From: Tubulanus polymorphus
Taxonomy: Eukaryota; Animalia; Nemertea
Assembly: GCF_964204645.1 (NCBI RefSeq)
Contig: NC_134035.1
Location: forward strand, 3,534,001 to 3,598,000
Length of the DNA stretch: 64,000 bases
Direction: 5' to 3'
Both the position numbers and the translations under genes were made by a program. Below, in pieces: positions 1 through 11,900 of the stretch; the stretch's first letter is position 1, and each line of letters opens with the position of its first letter. The notes beneath the pieces were generated by a model. That model worked only from the letters and a program-made list of their open reading frames with translations, searched no databases and was not told where the DNA came from.

Positions 1-752
1 GCAGCCTAGACGTTCAGGCAAGTACCGCTGTCGTGATGTCAAATCTTATGTTTCTGGCGTTTCTAGTTCATTGTTAGTTGTTAATTTTCGATATTCAACA
101 ACGTACCGGGTGAAGCCCCGAGGTTTAGCCGATCAATGATCGTATTGTTCCGGTATATAGCAAACATTTAGAACCATGATAACGAGTAAGCGGAAGTCTA
201 CATAGATTAATGAGCGATGGTGCGCATGAAATCATCGGTTCAATTAAAAAACCTAAAACCTAAACCGTCGTGAATGTACACAAATCATTATGATTATGGG
301 GGGGGGGGGGTGGTGTTAGGGTGCTACTAACGCTGAAGTTGAATTTCTATATTCTATATCCAAAATACACGTTTACATAATATCTAATTTCTATTCATAT
401 TGAATTTACAAACTTAATTAACAATGATAACAACCTATAACAAACGGCCTTGTTTATAAAAAGGCCATCGGCAAACATAAACTGAAACCTTTTTTGCCTT
501 TTTATATTTTTAACGGTAATAATTTCAAGGGCCTGAACATAAAAATCAACGATATAACTGACTGTATAAATAGGACGTAATTAAAATACTATGCGTATGG
601 ATACTTGATTATCACAATGTGGAAAGTTCGAATCGAGGAAATTCGGTGCATCGCCGATTCATCGCGAAATACTAGCGAAAAAATCGAGGAAAAACCAACC
701 AACATTATTAACAACTAGGAATATCATGAAACAGATAGAGTAGAGTGTTAAT

Positions 753-885
753 GGGTCAGTTGCTCAAAAGTTGGTTAAAGATAACCGGCAGATAAATATC
801 ATAGTAACAACGAACTTTTTCAAGTGTCTGTGTGTCTACTATCCATTGGTTAACTCTAACTAACCAACTTTTGAACAACCGGCCC
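753..885. mobile_element. MITE (PIF/Harbinger-like)
   Basis: TIRs gggtcagttgctcaaaagttggtta / taaccaacttttgaacaaccggccc; related half-copy at ~5898. Confidence 0.75.
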
Positions 886-2189
886 TATATAAATAATTTC
901 GAGTTAGAACTGGGCTTAGATCGGCCGAAAGCTGTCCAGCAGCTCGACTTATATTTAACCAAAGAAAATCTCCGTTTATAAACCTCGGTTTCTATCCAAT
1001 TTCTAGCCAATTTCTGAGATTATATACATTGTTTTTTTTTCAACTTTCGAAACTTAACAACAATTTCGTACGAACGATTACTTAGCGATGCACCAAATTG
1101 TCAAGTTCTTCTTTTTGTTTTCAAACAGAAAATACTGCAACACGAAAATGATAGTTTTAATACACAGAGAATCTATATGTTTCGTAACCGGTCATCTAAA
1201 CCCTTATCGTGAAAACATTTCATGACTTGTGTATCTCATATTTCACTTGATTGAACATGATTTCGTATATGTTTGTACATGTAATGTATTTACACTAAAG
1301 CTGGAATGTTAACCTCTGGTTAGTTTTAAATTTATAATACTAGAAATAAAACGACATTATTTACAACACTATGATATTACTGATACTAAATGTTTTCTGT
1401 CGCTTTACACTGCGTTTTGGACTTTTAAGATATTATTGAACATCGTCCTTGACACTTGGCCACGAAAATGTGCGTCGAATCATCAGTTATAAGTCCATAT
1501 GAAAATGAATTTCAAAATATACTTTGACTTTGAGACCTATATCTACGAGCGTGCGTCGACTCACAAAAACGGACCTGATAAATCGATATAAAGAAGTCTT
1601 CAATTCTGTAAGGAACAGTGACATTTTTGCTAACAAATGACCGTCCAATCGTAGACCACTGCATAACCTCAAGCCTACGATCGAGTATATTTGTAATGAT
1701 ACAGAAAACGTATAAGATAATATACGGACGTCACGCTTATCAGTGACTCCGTCATACTGGACGTGATATAGCAGTGAATATTCTACTTCGGTTAACAGCT
1801 ATGGCTTGACGTCCAATGTGACGTATTGTGACGTAGCATGCATTAATTAACCCCGTAAGCGATAAATTACTCAATCAACACATTTTTCGACAAAACGTCA
1901 TATATACCTCTATCTATTGCATATACCGCAAAAATTCACAGCTACGATTTAGTCACCCTGCTGCTTGTACGGACAGCAAAGGCACTGTTTTTGTAAGACT
2001 AGATTATTTTTCCGAAGCACCATAATGAAAATAGGTTTCCGCGACTGATCTGCGAAAATGAATTCCTACTATATAACGTAACGGCGCAGAATCGATCGCG
2101 ACTTGCTTTACCTTTCAAGATGATTCGACATCTGAGCGAACGCACTTTGATCGAAAGATGTGTAGAGAATCCCTAAGCACTGATAAAAC

Positions 2190-2347
2190 GAGAAAGATGA
2201 AGCGCGAAATGTTTCGTTTAAGCTCATGATTTATCGGTTCGACGTTTTCCCGAGTTTTCCCGAAGACGACTATCATGCTATGTAGCCGAAACGTCGAATC
2301 GATAAATCATTAGCTTTAAGGAAACTTTTCTTACTTCACCATTCTCG
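2190..2347. repeat. ~60-bp imperfect inverted repeat (hairpin) with a degenerate hammerhead-like motif on the + strand
   Basis: cgagaaagatgaag...aagctcatgatttatcggttcgacgttt pairs with aaacgtcgaatcgataaatcattagcttt...cttcaccattctcg; internal CCGAAGA-C-GACTA..TAGCC-GAAACGTC. Confidence 0.7.
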
Positions 2348-2436
2348 CCTTGTTAGTGTGCGATTCTCTATATATCGTCACAACACGGACTCGCAGTGTT
2401 TCATCAATGTCTATTTGATCGAAAGACGAAATAGAA

Positions 2437-2439
<3 letters not shown>

Positions 2440-2511
<72 letters not shown>
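2440..2511. repeat. (TA)n microsatellite
   Basis: ~35 perfect TA units. Confidence 0.98.
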
Positions 2512-2515
<4 letters not shown>

Positions 2516-2851
2516 ACCTATTATCTTCATTAAGTACAATGGTACTTATATATATGTGTGTGTATAGTAAATGATGATTCGAAAGAGACGATTTTAATTT
2601 TAAGCGACGAGTATTTTTGCGGATTTAAGTTTCTTATTTTCGTTTCCTGGCTATTTTTACTTACACTCTACTCTACTCGACCGGATCAGATTAAGAAAAT
2701 GCATTTTTTTGAAGTACTCATTTTATACTTTAAGAAAAATTGTCCCTTCGCTTATCTATAGGTCATAGAGCGATGGTTTTCGGCTCCGTGTCCGTTTTAC
2801 GTTTTTGTGCTTTATTCGTGGACGAGTTCCACCGGTTAGACTGAATGTATT

Positions 2852-2954
2852 CTACATATTGCAGCAGGATTTCTTATCCGATTTTTCCAGACTCGACTGG
2901 CCTAATTGCATACCGGCACTTTGGACTTCTATATCTTCGTTTGTGCGTAAAATC
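2852..2954 (-). CDS. RASEF: RASEF last coding exon (hypervariable tail and CCNM prenylation motif, TAG stop)
   Basis: ttgcag|G acceptor. Reads (R)[33 protein letters not shown]. Phase 2 matches the previous exon. Confidence 0.9.
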
Positions 2955-5900
2955 CTGCAATTTAAAAAACGAAATTAGACGCATTAACGAGGCCTCGTTC
3001 GACGCGAATACTGTAAAGAGGACGTTCATATGTAGAGAATCCCATAATGAAAATAACAAGAAATAATACAAGTCAAGAAATAGTTCCCGTGAGCAACGTT
3101 TCGACTATATTCTAATAGTCATCTTCGGGAATACTGTATTCCTTGAGCAAGTGTAGTTTATTCAACGTTTCGGCTATATTCTAACAGTCATCTTCAGGAA
3201 TACTGTATTCCTTGAGCTAGTAGTTTATTCAACATTTCCACTATATTCTAATAGTCATCTTCAGGAATACTGTATTCCTTGAGCTAGTAGTTTATTCAAC
3301 GTTTCGACTATATTCTAATAGTCATCTTCAGGAATACTGTATTCCTTGAGCTAGTAGTTTATTCAACGTTTCGACTCTATTCTAATAGTCATCTTCGGGA
3401 ATACTGTATTCTTTGTGCTAGTAGTTTATTCAACGTTTCGACTCTATTCTAATAGTCATCTTCAGGAATACTGTATTCCTTGAGCTAGTAGTTTATTCAA
3501 CGTTTCGACTCTATTCTAATAGTCATCTTCGGGAATACTGTATTCCTTGAGCTAGTAGTTTATTCAACGTTTCGACTCTATTCTAATAGTCATCTTCGGG
3601 AATACTGTATTCCTTGTGCTAGTAGTTTATTCAACGTTTCGACTCTATTCTAATAGTCATCTTCAGGAATACTGTATTCCTTGAGCTAGTAGTTTATTCA
3701 ACGTTTCGACTCTATTCTAATAGTCATCTTCGGGAATACTGTATTCCTTGTGCTAGTAGTTTATTCAACGTTTCGACTCTATTCTAATAGTCATCTTCGG
3801 GAATACTGTATTCCTTGTGCTAGTAGTTTATTCAACGTTTCGACTATATCCTGATAGTCATCTTCAGGAATACTGTATTCCGTATTCCTTGAGCTAGTGT
3901 TTATTTAACGTGGTAGCCAATTCTGATATGACTGCTAGTATAATTGCAAAAAGTTTTAATTTTGAGAGTTAAGAAGCACCTTAAAGAAAATAGAAGGGGG
4001 GAGGAAAAATATCTTACCTCGCTAATTCGGTGACGCATTCTAAAACATTCTCCCCGTCTTTGGCACTGGTTTCGATAAAGAGGGCGTCGTATGTCTGAGA
4101 CGAGAAAAAAAAATAACGAATCAGATTATCTTTACTAAACTGCTTAATACGAGTACCATATTCGAAACTGTGTAATGAAGTATATAGCTACCTTGGCAAT
4201 TCGTTCACCGTCTTCGTATTTCACCGTTCGTCGCCCGTCGGCTTCGTATTCCGTCCTCAAATCCGTCTTATTACCCACCATCATTATAGGTATCTTCTTC
4301 TGCGATCCCTCCTATGTAAAGCAAACGCCGGGTGAGTTAACGCAGTGTACGCGTATTCATAGGTATGATCATGGACTCTAAAACAATTCGTTTCAGAGTC
4401 CATCGTTTTAGAGTCCATGGTATAATACTTTCTGACGAACTGATAATTTTCTAGCAATTATTTTCTAATCAATTGCACATGCGAGTCAATACAACGTGAC
4501 AAGTAGTACTGATACATGTTAACTAGTTTATTAGACGCACGAGTTTTCGCTACTATTGTATCGTAGATTCATCTCCCATTCACCTGGTGAAGCTATTATA
4601 CTCTGGTAGCGCAAGCTCTTGCATCTGATAAACAAGTTAACCGTTAAAGCGCTGTTCTACACCCGGTTAACACGGCTCCTCTACTAATCTTCTCATCGTG
4701 TCTAATACTAGATTCAAGAATGCTTCGAATACGAACGAAATTTCGATACAATTTTTCCATATCTCGTACGGGCTTTCTTTCCATATTTTTCCCCATTTTC
4801 CACGACGACAAAAACGAACAAAAAACCGTGCAGTCGGTGCAGAAAGATGTTAGTGAATAGATTCAAGGTATTATTCTACTAATCTAATTATCATGCAAGC
4901 GACCAGAGGACGCCTAAATCCATGCTATGATGCAATATAGTCGTATACAAAGATGTTTATATAGACGTGACGTATACATATATGATAGGTGTGATAGGTT
5001 TTTTTAAACCGGATACCCAGTGAGATGAAACCAATTTATATCTGGTCGTACAAATTGGCACTTGTGATTGCTAACACAGCAGACAGTATAAGACGTGAAG
5101 TGTTTGTATATGGATGTATATACACCTACCACTATTCTAATTATGACGGCCAGTACTTGCGAGTAATTTGCGATTCGTTCCCTTGGCGGCCACTGTATAC
5201 GATGTATTTATAGACCCCGGGGGTCAGAGTAGACTGGTTTTAACTTTTCGGTCGCTGGAGAAGCACATCTAATGATGGCTTCTCTACTGAGAGACCGAAA
5301 CATTGTTTCTATGAATTCTCTGATTCAAATGCCAAATTTGTGAGGTTTTTTGGAGCAAATAAGAGGTTATTCTTTTACTAAACGCCTATTTTCATATGCG
5401 TCACATCGACCGTCAACTGGCCGTCAATTGCGACTCCAGTTATAGCCATAGCCCAACGCACATGATGCGTGATCAATACGTCATAGTGACGTCACGCATT
5501 GTCTCTATATATCGGAGTTAATTTCGGGGCTCGAACACCGGGTACTGACCGTCAAAATGCTGCCACCGTACCGAGAGTAGCGGAGCATGTATTAATAGTT
5601 GTCTAACCTGACTCACCTCCACGGCTTCCACCCATTCTCGCACGTTTATGAACGAACGTTCGTAGGTGACGTCATAAAGCAGCAGCACCCCGTCGGCGCG
5701 TCGGAAATACGATTTGGCGATGCTGCGGAATCGTTCCTGACCGGCAGTGTCCCATAACTGCAACGCGATCACTCTATTGTCGACTTGGAGCGTTTTCGTT
5801 TGGAAGTCAACGCCTGAAAACGAACGGAGACAAGAGAAATTGAGAACTTGTTGCCGTGAAGTTAAGCTGACATTGACCAAGTACAATTGATTACCCAGGC

Positions 5901-8900
5901 CCCAGTTGCTCAAAAGTTGTTTAGAGTTAATAGGTGGATTAGTGACAATTCACTTCGCATTGCTACACATGGTATTTCTCCATCGGGGGCTAGTTGCACA
6001 GTCATGACTTAAGACCACGTTAGTCTTAAGACTGGTCTTAAGTTGTTAGATTGGCTATAGAACTTTATAATTATTTCCCTGCGTCGTTGAGCTAAAGGGG
6101 CGCTCCTTGAAATAAAGTGCCAGTGTAAAATAGCCTATATTTCGGCGCCGGCCTTTGGCAAACGTCACGACACCCCCGAATAGCCATTTTACTCCCGGCG
6201 CTGATATAACGTTTTTGATTTAGAACACGCGTTTACCTAACGTTGAATTAAGATTGTTGACGAATTTTCCTTTGCAAAGTCTCATTATAAAACTGGATTT
6301 CCCAACGGCCGCGTCTCCGCACAATACGACTTTATACATTCGTTCCGGTTCGGAAGTTATTTGTTGTGTGCTGAGCGCCTGAAAATTAGAAACGTTGAAA
6401 GCTGATTCGGTATTTTCATTTTCATAAGAAAAGTAACTTGGTAGTTTATTGACGCCTTGAAGAAGACTAACGATGGTTTTTACAGCGTCGAAAAATCGAC
6501 GGTTCGGAAAGCATCTCTAACTACGGGTATCTCGAAGATACTTACATTTTTCGGTACGCTCGGTAGTTGTCTGCGATGCCGACCTTTCGTCGATCTTTGC
6601 GACCGTTGACTGCTCCGGCTACTAGCCGACCCCGGTCGACTGGGCGACCGCGAAACCGACCGCGACATCGACGGCCTCAACGACTCCAACTCTACCTCGG
6701 TGTCCATGTCATCGTGCGACTCCGCCACCTACAACGATGCCATCCAGAGATAAAATAGATTCCCGCACTTTGATTTCTTTGCATTTTTATTATCTATGCC
6801 TTTTTATGATAAAGAAATAGCTTAAACACGTTGTTGGTGCTGTATACAAGGTCGAGAACATTGATTTATCAAATATCGACGATCAATGCCTATTGTTTTG
6901 TAGCCGGCTTACTGTAGCGTGTCAGTATTTCAGCTGTCGCTCAGCACCAGGTCACAAAGTTAATGAATCTACTTCAATGCGGGGTTCGTCAGCAGTTCAA
7001 TTAGAAATAAGCAAATGATTTGACTTTTGTTCACCAAGAACATAAGTGTGTTCCACAGGTGGTTACACTAGCGCAATGGAGATTATTGTGGATAAAACCA
7101 CTTCCAGGACTGGATGAAGACCATTGCTGCAACTCCCGGAGGGGAATGCAGGGCACAATGATTTTGAATCCTCTCACCTCTGTTTCTGTCTCCGTATCGG
7201 CGCCGAATCTCGAGTTTCGTCTGTCCGCGTAGTATTCTCCGTCGTCCAGTTCCGACTCGAAGTCGTTCACGTCTCGCATCGTCGAATGGCCGCTATCTGT
7301 ACGAAAAATCATACCGAACACGTGTGTGAGTCGTATCATCATAGAACTCAGGGCCGGATCTAGGGTCTCAGTCAGGGAGGGACGCCCCTCCGTGAATAGG
7401 GCATATCATTAGAATCAAAAGGGCACCACCGATAGAAAACTCATCGGAAAATATTCATCATTCGATTCATTCATATTGAATAATTCATATAGACCAATGA
7501 AATACCATAAAACACGCTTCACAAGTTGTTTTTTTTCAAAAGCAGAAGAAATGACCCAAAGTAAATGGCAAAAAATGGCGGCTATAGCAACGGTAAAACG
7601 GTTCATTAACAATCGATATTAACGAGGTTTGCATTAACGTCGGTGCATAATTAATAATTCATTTCTAACGCTGATATTTCCATCCGACGCAATACAATGA
7701 AATATACGTACGAGTTGATTAATCATTGCAGCTCTACGTTCATATGTTTAAATGTCGTTGTATTTTATATGATTGAGCGAAATGCACTGGTAGGTATAGG
7801 GCCTATAATTGATTCATCTGATGAAATAATACAGTCTCGAATTCATCGCTACCTAATTCACTTGATTTGTCCAGTTTCCTCGGGAAGGTCTTTAAGGACT
7901 TTGAAATCTCAAGACAGGTCTCAAGTTGTTAGATTGGTTATAGAACTAAAATGAGCTCAGACTCGTCTACGGTTGTTAGATTGGCTATAGAACCAAAATG
8001 AGCTTTGACTTAAGTTATTAGATTGGATTTAGAACTTAGATGGTCTTTAACTGTCCAAGCCATGACTGCGAAGCCCGTCCCGGGTCACACTGCAGGGGTC
8101 CAGTACTGACAGAAATACATTTGATTGTGATGGACCTTATGCTAATGCCCCCTACCGAGAAAGCCTTCCCTCGCCGATAGAGAACTTACCGAAATCCTCC
8201 GGTAGACTTTCTTTGTCGTACGATCTCTGATGTCGTAGAGAACGATTCAGCGTCGGGTCGCACAGGGCCAGACTCTGGTCGTCGACGAGTGTCGGTGAAC
8301 ACAGGCTTCGAGGCCGTTTTGCGCTGATGAAAATGAAAAACATAAGCAAACATTAACACGGTGTGGCCACTTTCCACCAATCTACAAATTCCTGGAATTT
8401 TGCCTAATTTTTCGGGCCATAACACAGAATTCCCTGAGTAAATCTGTGGATTTCTTGATAAAGAAACGCGTGGTCAACAGCATATCCAGATACTATGTGC
8501 TTTCCAGGTTTTTTTTGTGCAAAATTTGTCAAATTCCCAACCGAGTTTTCCCTGATTTCAAATAGATGTTTCTAATTCCCTGAGTTCTTCAGGGTTTCCA
8601 GGCCAATGCAGTGCCACCCTGACAGAATTTGACTCGAGGAAAATAAAACAGATTTTTATCGAAACATTGTGTAATCCATTATAGACGTTAATGCCCGTGT
8701 ATGATTATAGAGGACAATCTGTTTCACGTTATAAGAGATCGAGTGAGAACATTGACGTTTTGCCACCGACCCAATCTATCAGTGTAATAACCTATCAGTT
8801 TGATGCGATTTTATTACAGGCCTCAGTTGATCCCGTAATCTCGATACTACGAAGCGGAGGCCTCGAATAGATTCATAACGCTAGCGAACAAAAATTTTCC

Positions 8901-11900
8901 ATCTCGTTTTGACATACGGGAGGGCGGGTGGAATTAGAAAATTACTAATATCCATGGGGTTTAATTGGTTTTCTTAAAAGCGTCATAAATAGGCTCTAAT
9001 TCGATGGATGTATCATATACATGGCCAAAATTGAACTAAGTCTGGTCTTATCAGTGCGGCTAACACCAGGAACAATGTTGCGCCGGAATAGATAGGACTG
9101 TTCTTAGATTGGCTATGAGACTAACTTCCAAACTACTTGAAGTTCATTGGCGAATTTGGTAGATACTATTTATAACGATAATTTTCAGATTCCTGGCTTA
9201 TATATCCATATTTCCGTCATATCCTTGACAAGCACTCGTTCCGATAGGGTAAACGACTTCTGGGTCCAGTTCCACAGTTCTGAGTTAGGATTTGACTCTG
9301 AGTTAAAACATTACTCGCAACTGTGGAACTGGGTCCTGAGTATCCTGAAGAATATTGGAATTATGCGGGAGTACTTGTCTAGGGGACGATAATCCATAAA
9401 TGTTGATTTTATACCGTTGCCCGCAGTATCAGTTATAACGATGTTCCAGCGGTATGGAAGTTCAATTTTTGTCGGACCTCGCCAATGGCTATACATCGTC
9501 GAACTTACCCGCTGTCGATGACGTCCAGTTCCTCGAACGAGCCTCTGTTCGGCTGAAATGTAGAAACGTTGAAATGACTACGACTCAGACGGTACATGTG
9601 CGAGCCGACCTTCGTGAACGCGGCCGGTCCTCTGACGGACGACCTGTGCCTGTGCGGACGGGGCGAGTAGAGTTTGTGTAGCGTGTAATCCGGATATCTA
9701 TCCATCGTCATCGGATTCGTGTTCAAATACATCCGCTGGTCGGCCATTTCTTTCGTCAAACGATATTATTACTTTCCGATTCGATGCCACTGATTACTTT
9801 TTTTCGCTCGCGAGACCGAAGCAACTCTAACTACGTTTTTGCCTGTTCTTTTTCTTTACTGCATATATTGAAACCGAACAGGCGTGAGGGTACGAACACA
9901 CGTATCATCCAAACGCATTCCGATATCGACACGCCGCCATTTTCTGTGAAAACTTGCTAGTGAAAAACCAATTTGTCCGACGTGCCTCCTACCTATCTAT
10001 ATATTCATATATACATCCACTGTGAAATATTGTTTTTTTTTTTTAGTATAGATATTCTTTACAAGCGGTCGGACGCTATTCTCGATGCTGCTGCGGTTTA
10101 AAGCGAGATATCGCTTACTAATTCATTATTACCGCTATCGGATACACCGTATATACACGATCCTTTATGAAAGCAATTGAAAATCGCGCGGCTCCAATAC
10201 AACGGTATATTCCCGAATAGATATCATTTTTCTAAAACATCGATCCGTCTGCGAAGTAGGTATTGGCGACGTTTGAATTCGCGCGGGACGGCGGCGGCGA
10301 TCGCGGTCGCTTCGCGTTAAGATCCGAAAGAAATACACGCGCCGTCGAACGCGTATTTCTGGATGGCGAAAATGCGACGCAAAACGCGTAAAACTATAGA
10401 CGTGTAGGATATTAACGATTTAACAAGTGAAAATCCCGCAGTTTTGATACCGAAACGTCGACATCGTCTGACAGTTTAGGAGTTTATCTCTAGTCCATCG
10501 TCGGAGAAATTAGAAAACAGAATCGGACAATAAACGCGTGCGTTTTACTCGTTAAGTCTAAATACTGAGATTAATACCAGTCTTCCACAGTCGCCGGCGA
10601 TTTATGCTAAGTCATTTTTTCTACTTCGTCCATAGCGGCGTATCTATGCGAACCTTCCTATTTCCTATGTATAAATATAATAAGCCGGCCCGTATATCGC
10701 GAGCTAAAGTCGGAGTGTTAGCGGAATGTGATAGTGTAGCCACCAGTACGTAGGGTTGTAACGGAGCGACGGGGGAATTAATTAATAAGTAAGTAAAGTG
10801 ATAAATGTGACGGACTCAAGCCCCGCTGCGTGACAGTCCATCAAACGAGTTTTATCGCCGATAAACTCCCTCGTACTATATACACAGCTTTCGCATTGCA
10901 ACTGACGACGGATACCGCAGACGACTCGCACGAACTCGAAATAAAGCATTATTCGAAAATCGACAACCAAATCAACTACCAAATTCATGATGAAAATAGT
11001 AATAGTATTTTGATTTCTAATGCGCCCTTTTCACAGTGGTGTAATGTTCAACGGCGCTTTCCATCCCCCCCTATAACTCTATTCCATGTATCAGCCATCT
11101 CTCCTCGGGGAGAAGTAACATCCGAGCAGCTACTAGAGGCGCTCAGGAGTCATCTATCACGCCAGGTGCCCATTTACTCCTGGGTGAAGAGAGGCGATGA
11201 GTATAAAGTGTCTCGCGAGGCCGAACACTACGGTAATGTACGGGGTTTGAACCACGATCTGGCTCCCGGAGTCGAACGCTCTAATCACTCGCCCACACCG
11301 CTCGACACCGGCATTTGAATTGAATTGAATTCAATCGATATGCCCACCGTAACAACATACGGAGACATTCATATAAAGCGATATTTATAAAGTAAGGTCG
11401 TATTTAGTTTGTTACTTACCTCTGATCTGTTTCTCCTGTGAGACAGCCGTGCGTTGTCTAATGCCGCCCTTAGATCGTCATTCGTGTCATGTAATTTTTT
11501 ATTGGCGTCGCTGAAAAATATTTGAAAGAGAATTCTTATCTTGCACGCGTGTTAATTCTAACGAGACGAGGACGGCCACGCCGACTAATAGTAACTGTTG
11601 GATTTGGCTGTTTTTTTTTCATTTGACAAGTGCACTTTAAGTATTGCAGAACTTTCTGCACTATGTGTTCAAAGCGCTGACCCTTTACATTGAGAATCAA
11701 TTCGCTATCATTCCACTGCAATTATTTAATTGTTATATCATTATTATGAATATGGAATCGAATCAATATTCGGTATCAAGTTTAAACGTCGACGACGGTA
11801 CAAAATTTGAATATATGCAAATGGCGGCTATGTTACGAATTAGAACAGACCAAACTGGGGGAAAAATTACGACATTTTTAGAAAAGAACTTTTAAAAAAG

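Noticed and set aside
2811-2816. AATAAA (minus strand) as the definitive RASEF polyadenylation signal
   Set aside because: It is only ~35 nt past the stop, and a longer AU-rich UTR (ATTAAA at ~1156) is equally plausible; this cannot be decided from sequence.
3094-3911. CRISPR array interpretation of the 67-bp repeat (also considered for the 28-bp repeat at 53435)
   Set aside because: There are no unique spacers because whole units repeat, there are no cas genes, and the context is a eukaryotic intron.
10830-11318. 162-aa + strand ORF
   Set aside because: It mostly overlaps the antisense of a SINE, has a non-ATG start and shows no recognisable domain.
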